Below are positions 1 to 12,384 of a stretch of 64,000 bases of DNA, one piece after another (position 1 is the stretch's first letter; each line of letters starts with the position of its first letter). A model generated the notes under the pieces. That model did not search any database and was not told the DNA's origin. It saw only the letters and a list, made by a program, of their open reading frames with translations. Origin of the DNA: Octopus vulgaris (lineage: Eukaryota); the NCBI GenBank assembly GCA_951406725.2, contig OX597826.1:66216001-66280000 (forward strand), given 5' to 3'. A program made the translations under genes and the position numbers.

Positions 1-1560
1 CATCTTCTACAGCCAATTCGTCTCAAAATGACCAGTATGTCTTTATACCATCTGGGACTTGTTTGATGTTGTCTGGCCACCCATAGGTGATCGTTTCCAT
101 CAGTGTAGCCAAAGTAGAATCTCTGCTGGCGAACTCCTGCAGTTGGTAACCTTTGTTGATGGAAAAATCGGTAGATTTCTCCTGCAGTCAATTCAATCCC
201 ATCCATTCTCCTCAAGCCCAGATCAATGCCTTCATTGTCTTCACGGCTTGGGAGGCGAGAGAGGGTGTCGGCCAATGTCATGTTATGCCCTGGGCGGTAT
301 TTGATTTTGAAATCATATCCCTGAATTTTCTGGAGCATCCTTCGTAGTCGGGGTGGTGCTCGAAGAAGGGGCTTTTCTGCGATCACCTCCAGGGGTTTGT
401 GGTCTGTGATGACGTCAAATAGTTGTTTGCAAAGGGATGTGTGGAAACGGGGTGATACCAAATACCACAGCCAGCATTTCATGATCGATGTTTGAGTAGT
501 TTGACTACTGAGTTTTGTCAAGGGCTTCTGATGCAAATGCCACAGGTTTGCCATCTTCTACGATAGCTGCTCCGTGTCCTTTCAAAGAGCTGTCTACCTC
601 GAGTCTTATTGGTTTTTATTTTTTTTTTAGTAAAAAAACCCGAGGTTTAATTTCTCTAGAATGGTTCATTTAAGTTTTCCAAAGCAGTGTATGTGATCTT
701 TAGACATCTCAAATAGTATATTTTTCTTGAGGCGGTCCCTTAATGATTGTGCTTCCATGCTGAAGTTTGGAATGAATGTTGCTAGGTAATTCATTATTCC
801 CAAGAATGTTTGCAGCTCTTCCTTGTTTTCTGGAACAGGCATGTTTTGAATGTCACAGACTTTTACTGGGTCTGGCCTGGTACCATCTTTGGAATAAATA
901 TTTCCAAAGAAAGAGATTTCGGGTTGATGAATGTGGCATTTGTCCTAGCTTGAATACCAATCCAGATTCCTTTGCTTTTTCCATGAGTCTTTGTAAATTT
1001 CTGTCATGCTCTTCTTCATCTTGCCATGGACAGCGATGTCATCATTTATTGCAACAACCCCTGGGAGTTCTTCAATGATTTCATCCATTCTAGCTCGAAA
1101 GATATTGTGGAGATACATTTAGACCAAATGACAATTTAGTCCAACAATATCTTCCAAATGGGGTCCTGAAGCTTGTGAGTAGCTGACTTTCTTCATCCAG
1201 ATGAACAGATCGCTGAAAGTGCTAGAACCAGCAAACTGAGGGTTCAAGCTCTTCCACCGTTGGGATTTTGTGGGGGGGCATCTTTTCAATGCTTGATTAA
1301 GTTTTTGTGGGTCGATGCAGATGCGAAGTGATCTATCTTTGTTTTACGGAATATGCCATGCTTGAACACCAATCTGTATATTGTTTCACAGGCTTGATGA
1401 CACCCCTATTTCTTCCATCTTCTGGAGTTCAATCTTGGGCTTATGTTTCAGGTGAACTGAGCATTTCCGAGGTGGTTCAAAGAAGGGTTCCAAACATGCT
1501 TTTATGTATAATTATGCGGGTTCTTTGAAGCTGCCCAGGATGTCGAAAAGATTTCGGTAC
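1..1560 (-). mobile_element. Degenerate Ty3/gypsy LTR-retrotransposon pol (RT + RNase H), frameshifted
   Basis: Minus-strand translation gives LRICIDPQKLNQALKR, SQLLTSFRTPFGRYCWTKLSFGLN, INDDIAV (RT) and EVDSSLKGHGAAIVEDGKPVAFAS, ITDHKPL (RNase H), with many stops and frameshifts. Confidence 0.9.
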
Positions 1561-1695
1561 GTTTCTTTCAAGCCTTCGATTGTTCTGAAATCAGAGTTGA
1601 ATCCGTGACATGATCACAATGTATTGCGATTAATTTCATTGTCTTACATGCTGGTAATCCGATTAATTTCGATTCGATATATTTATCTTGTTTTA

Positions 1696-1707
1696 CCGCT
1701 GTCACCA
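1696..1707 (-). promoter_or_regulatory. Putative primer-binding site of the gypsy element (candidate LTR adjacent at ~1708-1860)
   Basis: Minus strand reads TGGTGACAGCGG, a TGG-initiated PBS-like motif upstream of pol. Confidence 0.55.
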
Positions 1708-1952
1708 TATCGTGTCATACAAGCACTCCAATTATGCGATGCAGAGTGGTTGGTTGTCTACTTGACTGCTGCTCCCTTAACCACCGAGCTGACTCTCTTT
1801 TATCCGCGCCAGCGTATTTAACAATGTGAAACTAAGTTCATTTAGTTTCATATCATTACAAGTCCAATGCCAACTTGCTAAAGCGGTTATGAAAGGCTAT
1901 CAAAATCAAACACCCAGAAAAACTGATGAATGGGGGTCTTGTTTCATTAGGA

Positions 1953-2154
1953 CAGTGGTTTTTCAACCAGGGTTCCGCCAGTACAGTCCAGGGGTTCCGC
2001 AAGACGTTACAAAACTGCTAAAATCGGCAGTAATTTTTAATTCTCCTGTGCAGATATGTGTGCATAAGACTATTAAATTATTGCACAGGGATTCCTCGAG
2101 CCAATGGAATGTTTCCTTGGGGTTCCGCTCCAGCAAAAAGGTTGAAAAGCACTG
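1953..2154. mobile_element. hAT-family MITE
   Basis: TIRs CAGTGGTTTTTCAACC / GGTTGAAAAGCACTG; perfect 8-bp TSD CATTAGGA at 1945-1952 and 2155-2162. Confidence 0.9.
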
Positions 2155-2718
2155 CATTAGGACAATACTTCAGCACACAAGTCCTTGGTTTCAATGGCTG
2201 CTGTGACTGGCTTTGAACTGGTTGATCACCTTCCCTATGTCAGTGATTTGGTTCCATCTGTTTCCCAATGTAGAAAAACACTCATCTAGGCACCAGTATC
2301 ACTGTGATGATGACGGCTTATCTGCTTTATGACCAACAGAATAGCTTCTTTACCAGTGCAACCCAAGCATTGCATCTACTTATGGAAGTGTGTGGACAGC
2401 AAGAAGATCTACGTTAAAAAATGAACTTCATTTGATCACATTCCATTGAGAGTGTCTTGCTCAGACTATGAACATTTCAGCCAACCCTCATAATAATAAA
2501 AATTATTATTATACCTGCATTTGTTTTAATGTTAACATTGAAAAGAATCCACATTTTCCACAATAAAAAAATTTGGACCTGGGTTTGCACCCTTCCTAAG
2601 CAAATTTTGTTGTTGGGTCCACTGCACACACGTGCAACCTTTTTCAAGAAGCGGGCTGCATGAGACATCCCTCATCATCAAGAGAGTCGCACTACTGTAG
2701 AAGATTAAAGGCAATTTT

Positions 2719-3326
2719 GGATCTTTTCCTTTTGAACGGCAGACAATTTCTAGTTAACTAAACACTTTAAAACTTCGTATACTGGTTGAATGTGTCAAAA
2801 TAAAACATTTTTTTCTCTTGGCTTTCTTGAGAAAATTGTAATTTGTTTGTTTAACGTAGTTTAATTTTTCGAATTTTAACCAATCCTATGCTCTCTTTTG
2901 AGCTAAAATCATTTGCTGCGTCTAAAACTGAGACAACATCCTGTAACTAACCCTCAACCTAACCCTAATTTTTTTTTTCTTAATTGTTACGCGTGTAAAA
3001 AAAACTAAAGCAATGGAATTAAATTAATTTAACAATTAAGAAAAAAAAATAGGGTTAGGGTTAGGGGGAGGTTTAGGGTTAGTTACAGGATGTTGTCTCA
3101 GTTTTAGACGCAGTAAATGATTTTAGTTGAATGGAGGTAATCGATTGGTTAAAATTGCCGAAATGCTCGGATTTTCAGAGGAAATATCTTACAAACTATA
3201 GAATTTTCTCAATAAAACCAAAAGAAAACGATGTTTCATAAACACATTCTACCAGTATACGAAGTTTAAAAGTGTTTAGTTAACAAGAAATTGTGTTGAC
3301 ATCTGCCGTTCAAAAGTAAAAGATCC
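2719..3326. mobile_element. Fold-back (long-TIR) non-autonomous DNA transposon with internal TTAGGG-like repeats
   Basis: Termini GGATCTTTTCCTTTTGAACGGCAG / CTGCCGTTCAAAAGTAAAAGATCC; the two halves are inverted copies; flanks GCAATTTT / GCAATTTA (8-bp TSD, 1 mismatch). Confidence 0.85.
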
Positions 3327-4911
3327 GCAATTTACTCATGTCTACTCATGGTGATGCCATTCTAACACATCTGTTCATCTGGATGAAGAAAGACACAGAC
3401 AACGAAGTAAATAGTGACGTCATAACCACGTGTTCTGCACTATATGGTGGGAAGTCAACATTGACTTACATATTTATGCTTGTAGAAAAGAAAACCGTAA
3501 ATATTTTATGCAGCATAACAAGGTAAAGGAAAATTACGTACGATATAATCGGAATCTACATCATTTGAAAAGTTTTTACAGAAAATTTTATTCAAAAATA
3601 TCCCTTTTACTGGAGTTTAGGGGAGCGCACCTTCAGTAGGTATATACTTACAATTGTCTATCCGTGAGTGTGTGTAGAGCTAAAAAGATATTTTAGCGGC
3701 GTAGAGTCTACAATATTTTTGTTTTCCCCTTTTCGTTGTGCCTAGAAAACTTCTGAAACTCTTCCAACTTCTGCATGCTTTATCCTAGTTTTGTCCCCCC
3801 CCCTCATTTCTTTCTAATATTGCTTCTTATGTCGTGTATAAGAAAATACGATGCCGAGACGAAGCTGAAAATGTTTATATATTACTCTTGGGCGATCTTC
3901 ACACATTACTCTGTCTCTTCACACACACTAACAGAAGTACTTCACTTACACAACATACTGTCTGTCTCCCACACCCCATCAAACACACACACACACACAT
4001 GTACATCAATGCTTCCCATGCACGGTAACTTCAAAAGAACTTCCCTCGTCATACAATCGCTTTCTCTTCGTCTCTTTCGCTCTCATTACTTCAAAAGTTC
4101 CCGCAAGCCCATATGTAAAAAAAAAAAAAAATTTTTTTACGGAAATCGACGGAAAGGTCTACTAGAGACGAAAGATTGCCTTACTCTTGTATACAATACT
4201 TAATTAAACATACACACACACACATTGCGAAACCGTGTCGCTCAACGCATGTAAAAGATTACATCTTGTTCCTCCGAATCCGAAATATCACTCATCTTTC
4301 ATTTGTGTGTTCGTTCAAACACACTTGTCATATTATAATTATGCCCTTCCTTAATTGTTTCGTCTCAGATTACGATCAAAACAATCCCAGCCTTGACCGT
4401 TAAATGATGTTAACGAGTCCTTGGTACTTTTCTAGTCTAATTCTGTAGTGCTGCTATTTCAGAGAAATTTGGCTGTGCTTTTTAGCAGGTCAAGAAACCG
4501 CGTGCAACAAGGCTTTGGTCGACGTTTTACGAAAAGCGGGCCGAATAAAAAAAACAACAGGTCGCACTACTGAATAAATTGAAAGCAATTTGCCGTTAGG
4601 TGCAGCATTCCGAAAATGCCGTGGACTTCCTGGATGGAACATCCGACGGTGTTGGAACTTCTTACAAAATACTGGCATCGATATGTGGTTAAGATGCTCG
4701 CTTTGCAATCACTTGGTTTCGGGTTCAGTCCTATCGCGCGACACTTTAGGCAAGGGTCTTCTGCTGTAGCTCTGGGCCCCGTCACCGCTTGACATCCGTG
4801 TTGGTTTGTTTGTTTATCGACGAAAGTGACCGATAGAATCAGTATCGGACTTAGAAGTAAAGGGCTACTTCTTCGGATCCCCGCGCTTATAACTTTTGAA
4901 CCAGTAATTAT

Positions 4912-5050
4912 TAGGTTGTCTCAAAAGTTCGTAAACACTTGCGAATATTGAATTTTTACTCGCCAAGTACTAACAAAAACAACAAAAATTATTCCTCAAA
5001 ATAAAGACCATTATTTTCCAAGACTTTCTACGAACTTTTGGGACAACCTT
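4912..5050. mobile_element. Small Tc1/mariner-type MITE
   Basis: Inverted ends AGGTTGTCTCAAAAGTTCGTA / TACGAACTTTTGGGACAACCT in a TA context. Confidence 0.65.
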
Positions 5051-5702
5051 ATAAAAAAAAAAAAAAAAAATTCAGGTTCATGTTTTCGATATCGGAGATT
5101 ACGATTTAGTAAAAACAAAAAAATTTTTTACCCATTCCCCCCCAATTTATTTACAATTGACAAAAACGTGCTGTCACGCACAAAACGACAGCTTCCAAAT
5201 CCTATTTCCTGTTTGGGTGAAAATTATCAAACTTTAAGCCTCGAACTTTTTAAAAACATTTTTTTTTTCCCCGGAAAAAGTGAAACAACTCCAGCAATTT
5301 AGCTTTGGAAATGTATTTTATTGTTCCAAATTTTAAAATATTCGATAAACTTCAATTCTTGACATGCTGGTAGCCAAAACCAACCAGATACATTAATAGA
5401 ACCGCTAGAAGTTAGTGTCGAACACACAGCGAAGTTGATTTAAAAGGTATATAAAACACAATTTAACTTCATTATTTAATTATGAACTTTATTGATGTCA
5501 GTTGCTTGACTCAGCAGCAACAGTTGAAATGACAAGGTACTTGTATCGCAGAGTGGTCCCTGCGATACAAGTACCAATTGACAATTACGTTTTGCTAAGA
5601 TATTGGACTGTTGAGAAGTTTGTTGCACGTGTAACAGAAATATGAAATTGACAAAAGAAAGTTTGTGATGGAGATGTAGAAGGCTGTGTAGAAAGAGAAA
5701 AA

Positions 5703-6260
5703 GAGATCTTTTCGGTTTGAACGGCAGTTTTTTTCTAGCGGTGTCATATGAAATTGTCACCCATAATTATGACCCTAGTATCGATCTATTGCGTTTCAAT
5801 CTGTTTTAGGGTTAGAGGTGGGGGTGAAGGGGATACTCTTTTACTTGTTTCAGTCATTTGACTGCGGCCATGCTGGAGCACCGCCTTTAATCGAGCAACT
5901 CGACCCCAGGACTTATTCTTTTGTAAGCCCAGTACTTATTCTATCGGTCTCTTTTGCCGAACCGCTAAGTGACGGGAACGTAAACACACCAGCATACATA
6001 TATACGACGGGCTTCTTTCAGTTTCCGTCTACCAAATCCACTCACAAGGCATTGGTCGGCCCGGGGCTATAGCAGAAGACACTTGCCCAAGGTGCCACGC
6101 AGTGGGACTGAACCCGGAACCGTGTGGTTGGTAAGCAAGCTACTTACCACACAGCCACTCTTGCGCTTTTTTTTTTCTTCAGTAATGTAAATATACCCAT
6201 GCTGTTTCTTAAACGAGGGACATATTCATACGGCACAGAATGTTTTTGGCGAAGTTTCGC
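5703..6260. mobile_element. Partial relative of the 2719-3326 fold-back family, interrupted by a SINE (~5837-6160, minus)
   Basis: Starts GAGATCTTTTCGGTTTGAACGGCAG and contains TTAGGGTTAG; the insert has the same tRNA-like head and body as 9651-10055. Confidence 0.6.
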
Positions 6261-6542
6261 ATGGCCTTTTTGGCGAAGTTTCAACCGAAACTATGCCATG
6301 TTTTTTTCACCTCAATAGACGTTTTCAAAATTTTTGATTTCTCCTCCTCGCCAAATTTTTTTATTTTTTAACTTATTTTCGTTTTTTTTTTTTTCAATCT
6401 ATGTGGGAAAATACGTAGATTAAGAATATGGGGTGGGGTGGGGGGAACAATTTTTAATGAAAACCTCAAAAATTGATCCATACCCGATCCCGCTGTCTAA
6501 AAAGTGAAAATGAACGGCTGTTTAGTCCGTTTTCGCATGCGT

Positions 6543-6652
6543 CAGTTCATAAGTGTAACAGCAAAAAGACCACAGCATGTGAAGCCCTCAGCACGAAATT
6601 CGATATGCGAAAAATAACAGCTAAATGTCTGGAGAATTTTTAGTGCTTGTGG
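6543..6652 (+). other. Candidate first exon of the RRM gene
   Basis: TCAGTT initiator-like motif at ~6542 in CpG-retaining DNA; donor-like GTGGGT (6649) or GTATGT (6653); unconfirmed. Confidence 0.3.
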
Positions 6653-6881
6653 GTATGTTTGTGTCTATCCTCATCTTGCCATTAAGGTGACAAATTTGGT
6701 ATATTTCCTATCTTGCTCTCCTTAAATTCCAGAGCACTTTCTCAAATTTCCTTCCCATCTTGCATTCTTCCCTCCTGACCACTTCAAGTTTCTCAGGTTT
6801 CCAACAAAAAATGTACTTCTGGCGTAGTATTGTATGTTGATGACAAAAAAACTGTATTTTTTTTTTTTTTTGCTAGAGATT

Positions 6882-7258
6882 ACTCTTTTACTTGTTTCAG
6901 TCATTTGACTGCGGCCATGCTGGAGCACCGCCTTTAATCGAGCAAATCGACCCCAGGACTTATTCTCTGTAAGCCTAGTACTTATTCTATTGGGTCTCTT
7001 TTGCCGAACTGCTAAGTTACGGGGACATAAACACACCAGCATCGGTTGTCAAGCGATGTTGTGGGGACAAACACAGACACACACACATATATATATTCAT
7101 ATATACGACAGGCTTCTTTCACTTTCCGTCTACCAAATCCACTGACAAGACTTTGGTCGGCCCGAGGCTATAGTAGAAGACACTTGCCCAAGGTGCCACG
7201 CAGTGGGACTGAACCAGGAATCATGTGGTTGGTAAGCAAGCTACTCACCACACAGCCG
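6882..7258 (-). mobile_element. tRNA-derived SINE family A (octopus OR-type, CORE-like body)
   Basis: Reverse complement of the 9651-10055 consensus. Confidence 0.85.
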
Positions 7259-7339
7259 TATATATATATATAACGGATGTTAAACGATGATGATATATAT
7301 ATATATATATATATGTATGTATATACACATACACACACA

Positions 7340-7520
7340 TATGTGTGAGAGATTGCTAGCCACTTCACATTCTTTATGTTCTCTCCTTGTTTCTTTCTGT
7401 GGAAGAGTGTAGGCTCGAAACGTTACTGATTTTTTCACTTCCCGAGCGTTATACTAATACATCTGTTTGTTATCTACACCACCTCTCTTCATCTTTTGTT
7501 TTTTTGTGAATTCTCCCCAT
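7340..7520 (+). mobile_element. Penelope-pLTR-like short repeat with a degenerate minimal hammerhead motif
   Basis: TGGAAGAGTGTAGGCTCGAAACGT at ~7399-7422; related minus-strand copies at ~12170-12300 and ~12710-12850; all sit in (TA)n. Confidence 0.5.
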
Positions 7521-7845
7521 ATATGTATATATATGTCTACATGTATACTCACGTTCATACATACATACATACATACATACATATTACTGAAGAGAGAGTG
7601 TGAGAGAGTGAAAGTTGCAAACCAAACTGAAAGTTATTTTACAAACTGATTTGACAAAAATTATTATAGCAATAAGTTTTTTCCAACTGTTATAAATGCT
7701 TTATTCTTTACACGAATCTCTGAGAGTATAGTTCCCTTTAGAACTACCCTCACTTCACATCTTGGCAACTCTTTGTACCTAACTAGTTCTTTTTTGTTCC
7801 TGGACATTTCTTTTGTAGAGTGTATTAGCAGTAAAAGACAAGATT

Positions 7846-7911
7846 ATGATGAACTCCAAACCTGAAGTGTATTCCTGCCATATTAAATATTTACCAATTT
7901 CTGTAACCAAG
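7846..7911 (+). CDS. RRM-domain protein, coding exon 1 (MMNSKPEVYSCHIKYLPISVTK; RNP2-like CHIKYL)
   Basis: Acceptor TTTTGTAG before 7819, ATG at 7846 (frame also open from 7819), donor AAG|GTATTT, phase 0 into the next exon. Confidence 0.75.
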
Positions 7912-8033
7912 GTATTTATTTGAACACATTTGTTTTCTATTATCTTTTTCTTTTACTTATTTCAGTCATTAGACTGTGGCCACACGTACACAAACATACA
8001 TATATATATATATCTGACTGGCACCTGTGCGAG

Positions 8034-8503
8034 CTCTCGCCAGCTCGCACAGGTGCCAGTCAGAGCTGGCGAATGGCCACAAACGGATGGTGCTTTTACG
8101 TGTCACCAGCACGGGGCCAGGCGATGCTGGCAACGGACACGAACGGATGGTGCTTTTACGTGCCACCGACACGGACTAGACAGAGCTGGCAAACAGCCAC
8201 GAACGGACGGTGCTTTTATGTGTCACCCGTTCGTGGCCGTTTGCCAGCTCTGTCTGGCCCCGTGTCGGTGGCACGTAAAAGCACCATCCGTTCGTGGCCG
8301 TTCGCCAGCTCTGACTGGCACCTGTGCAGGTGGCACGTAAAAAACACCCACTACACTCGCGGAGTGGTTGGCGTTAGGAAGGGCATCCAGCCGTAGAAAC
8401 ACTGCCAGATCTGACTGGGCCTGATGAAGCCTTCCAGCTTCACAGACCCCAGTTGACCCGTCCAACCCATGCTAGCATGGAAAGCGGACGCTAAATGATG
8501 ATG
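8034..8503 (+). mobile_element. Family D retroposon (RTE-associated tail) with internal tandem GGCACGTAAAAGCACC units
   Basis: GGCGTTAGGAAGGGCATCCAGC...CCCATGCTAGCATGGAAA...(GAT)n tail; over 10 copies in the window. Confidence 0.75.
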
Positions 8504-9057
8504 ATATACACACATACACGACAGGCTTCTTTTAGTTTTCATCAACCAAATCCATTCACAAGGCTTTGGTCGACCCGAGGCTATAGTAGAAGACACTTGT
8601 CCAAAGTGCCATGAAGTGGGACTGAACCTAGAACCATTTGGTTGGGAAGCAAACTTCTTACCACACAGCATACAAACTGATGTAGTACATAATGTAAACA
8701 TTCAAACATTGCTGTGAATCTTTCCAAATCCTTCTGCGTTTCACATGCAGTTTTTGGTCTTCCGAATTTGTCTTGGAGTATAAGTCGACCTACCTTATTT
8801 GACTGTAAATTTTGATCTGCAAAATTTGATTTGTATGCTGGAAAATATAGTTTTTGTTTTAAAATTCTTTTACTCTTGTAACTCTGTAATTATGCTGAGA
8901 CATTATCTTGAAGGGCTTTACTCTGTTGTATCCACCCTGTATTAGCATCTGTTGATGAAAGTGGCAGGTCCCTACAGGAAATGACTTAGACCATGACAAC
9001 CCTTACCAGCATAGAAGGAAGGGGTAAATGATGGTTCTTATTTTACCTATTTTATTT

Positions 9058-9265
9058 CTCTTTTACTCTTTTACTTGTTTCAGTCATTTTGACTGCGGCC
9101 ATGCTGGAGCACCACCTTTAGTCGAGCAAATCAACCCTAGGACTTATTCTTTGTAAGCCTAGTACTTATTCTATCAGGTCTCTTTTGCTGAGCCGCTAAG
9201 TTACGAGGACGTAAACACACCATCGGTTGTCAAGCGATGTTGTGGGGACAAACACACAAACACAA

Positions 9266-9329
<64 letters not shown>

Positions 9330-9485
9330 CAGGCTTCTTTCAGTTTCCGTCTACCAAATCCACCCACAAGGCTTTGGTCGGTCCGAAGCTATAGTAGAAG
9401 ACATTTGCCCAAGGTGCCACACAGTGGGACTGAACCTGGAACCATGTGGTCAGTAAGCAAGCTACTTACCACACAGCCACTCCTA
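9058..9485 (-). mobile_element. SINE family A
   Basis: Near full-length reverse complement of 9651-10055. Confidence 0.9.
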
Positions 9486-9650
9486 CTGTTTATTATTATT
9501 ATTATTATTATTATGGCTAGGTTCCAACCTGGGCCACAGCAACAAAGTCCTCAGTCCATCATCTCTGCCTTGCAGCCCTGGATACATTCCAGGCCAGTGT
9601 CTGCAATCAAGTTGGTGATGTGTGACAATATTTTTCTCATCTTACATCAC

Positions 9651-10055
9651 TAGGCGTAGGAGTGGCTGTGTGGTAAGTAGCTTGCTTACGAACCACATGG
9701 TTCCGGGTTCAGTCCCACTGCGTGGCACCTTGGGTAAGTGTCTTCTACTATAGCCTCGGGCCGACCAAAGCCTTGAGAGTGGATTTGGTAGACGGAAACT
9801 GAAAGAAGCCCGTCGTATATATGTGTATATATATATATGTATGTGTGTGTTTGTGTGTCTGTGTTTGTCCCCCGCAACATCGCTTGACAACCGATGCTGG
9901 TGTGTTTACGTCCCCGTAAGCTAGCGGTTCGGCAAAAAAGAGACCGATAGAATAAGTACTAGGCTTACAAAGAATAAGTCCTGGGGTCAATTTTATCGAC
10001 TAAAAGACAGTGCTCCAGCATGGCCACAGTCACATAACTGAAACAAGTAAAAGAA
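9651..10055 (+). mobile_element. SINE family A, full length
   Basis: tRNA-like head with A box (TGGCTGTGTGG) and B box (GGTTCAGTCC), CORE-like CCTTGGGTAAGTG, internal (TA)n(TG)n, A-rich tail. Confidence 0.9.
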
Positions 10056-10489
10056 AAGAAAGAACTATGAAGTGGGTTCCAGAAAACTAATTTGGGTGCT
10101 TCCAGTGTAGGGTGACGTACATAGTGAGCAGATAGTCGCAGCCACCAGTTCCTTGATCTTGCTGACTTTTGGTAGGTCTCTATAAAGGCATTCATTTGTT
10201 ATATGTTGCTACTATTTCACATTTAGGGCCATTTGTAGCATCCTTGTGTATCATCCATTTAGCCTGTTTGATAATTTCTTAATCATGAGCACTGATTAGT
10301 GAATGGTTTAGTTACCTTTTTGACACAATGCGATGCAACAGGACATACAAACTTACAGAGAGAAGCAAGACTTCTGATGCATATGAAAGATGATAGTTGA
10401 GTGAAGAAGTATAAAGAATCCAAGTTGAGGAAGCCTATGGAAGAAAGAAGCTATGGGAAGATGTGGTGAAAGCTAATGACATTGGTGAA

Positions 10490-10735
10490 ACTACAGGAGT
10501 TGGAAGTTCTTCATCATCCACCATACTCACCTGATCTTGCCCCCACTTTTGCCATTTCAGCTGTAGCTTGTCCAGCCTGGAACTGTAAAAGCCTGGCAAT
10601 CTAGAGTCAGTAAAATCTTGCAAGGCCTGTTTTACAGCATTGTCGGAATTAAATTTTTTTCCCATCAAAAAGTTATCCAAATTCTGGAATGAGTGGTAGT
10701 CAGTGGGGACAAGATCAAGTGAGTATGGTGGATTA
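10490..10735. mobile_element. mariner transposase C-terminal fossil, two pieces in opposite orientation
   Basis: + strand LEVLHHPPYSPDLAP (~10500-10545); - strand PPYSLDLVPTDYHSFQNLDNFLMGKKFNS...KWQK. Confidence 0.8.
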
Positions 10736-11376
10736 AATCCTTTTCAAATCCTTTCTGGTAATTTTCAAAGGGAATAAATTAATACTGTTCAAGATATTGT
10801 TTTATCTCAGAAATTTCTGCAACAGTTGATTCATTCATTATTTGATTCACGGAGTTTTTCCTTGTCAAAAGCATCGAACAGAGGTAGGGGACACATTGCT
10901 ATGTCAACCATTACACATGCTATGTTGCTGAGTGAAAATGCAAGTCAAGAAGCCCTTGCATCATGTGAACAGGTTAATTTCTTTTGATTGTCTCACATGA
11001 GGTGCCCAGCAATAATGAGAACAGCCAGTATAATATATTTTTGTTTTTTTGCAATGGTTCTGATATTCCATTTAGTGGAATTTTGGTGAATGATCACCAG
11101 ACCAAAAGTTCTTTCATTACAAAACATGAGATTAGTAGCCTGAAAAATTGTTATCCTCCTCATCATCATCATCATTTAATGTCTGTCTTCCCTGCTGACA
11201 TCAGTCAGATGGTTTAACAGGAGTTGGCCAGGCAGGGGACTCCACCAAGCTCCACTCTTTTGGCATAGTTTTTACAGTTGCATGCTCTTCCTACTATTAA
11301 GAACAGTTTGTCAGAGACGTTTGGATAGATTAAATATTGTGTTTGATTGTGAAAACTGTTGTTATGTTTATTTCAG

Positions 11377-11465
11377 AGTCAAGTTGCAGATCTCTTCTCA
11401 GACTACGATGATCTTTTTGAAATCTATATCAGTGAAAGAGTGATGGAACAGAATTACACGTTTGG
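11377..11465 (+). CDS. RRM-domain protein, coding exon 2 (SQVADLFSDYDDLFEIYISERVMEQNYTF)
   Basis: TTTCAG| acceptor, GG|GTGAG donor, 89 nt, phase 2; joins the next exon to form RNP1 YTFGFVRF. Confidence 0.85.
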
Positions 11466-11728
11466 GTGAGAGAAACGCTCTTTACTTAAAGATGGGGAAC
11501 TTTATGTATTTATTGAGGTTTGTTAGCAAATGTTGGACAGATGGTACAAATTGATCCATTTTGATATGGAGCATAGATTGGTTGAGAGGGTATATATATA
11601 TATGTAGGGTTGCAGCGGTTACTAATCGTTGCAGTTGAAACATATGTAGGTCTACGTAAAGCTGTATATATTATTATTGTTGTTGATATTATATACTCCA
11701 GGAAACTTGTATGGTTATGGTAATATAT

Positions 11729-11960
11729 ATTTCTTTACTACCCACAAGGGGCTAAACACAGAGGAGACAAACAAGGACAGACAAAGGGATTAAGTCGATT
11801 ACATCGACCCCAGTGCGTAACTGGTACTTAATTTATCGACCCCGGAAGGATGAAAGGCATAGTCGACCTCGGTGGAATTTGAACTCAGAACATAACGGCA
11901 GACGAAATACGGCAACGCATTTCGCCTGGCGTGCTAACGTTTCTGCCAGCTCGCCGCCTT
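11729..11960 (-). mobile_element. tRNA-derived SINE family B (octopus OR-type)
   Basis: Minus-strand head GGCGGCGAGCTGGCAGAAACGTTAGC...GAGTTCAAATTCC and body GCCTTTCATCCTT. Confidence 0.85.
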
Positions 11961-12384
11961 ATGGTTATGGTAATATATTCAGAATTATCCAATGGATATA
12001 TCTATAAATTCTTATCTTATGAGAATATTATTGTATCTATTAACTGTGGAATAACCTATTTTGAATACCTAACTGAGAGCAAACTGGTAAAGGTTTGGAG
12101 TAATCCCTTACTATTTACAAATATATCTGTAGAAGAGATATCATATGGTTCAAAGTTCTATAAACAGCAACAGCCAGAAACAGGTGAGGGGAAAAACAAA
12201 TAAGGTGTATTAATTTGACACTCAGGAAAAATGAAAGAAATCCTTAGATGTTTTAAGCCTTCACACTTCTACAGAAAGGAATGAAGAAAGAAAATGTATA
12301 AAGAGAAAGAAAACCAAGAAAAAAAGCATGCCTGGATTAACAGCTGTACATGTTGAATTGTTATATATATATATATATATATAT

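Noticed and set aside
2940-3085. Chromosome-fusion or true telomere remnant
   Set aside because: The repeats are few, degenerate and inside a TSD-flanked fold-back element with relatives elsewhere in the window.
7920-8701. Overlapping 100-158 aa ORFs
   Set aside because: They lie in family D tandem units and a SINE; the same peptides recur at every copy of the repeat.
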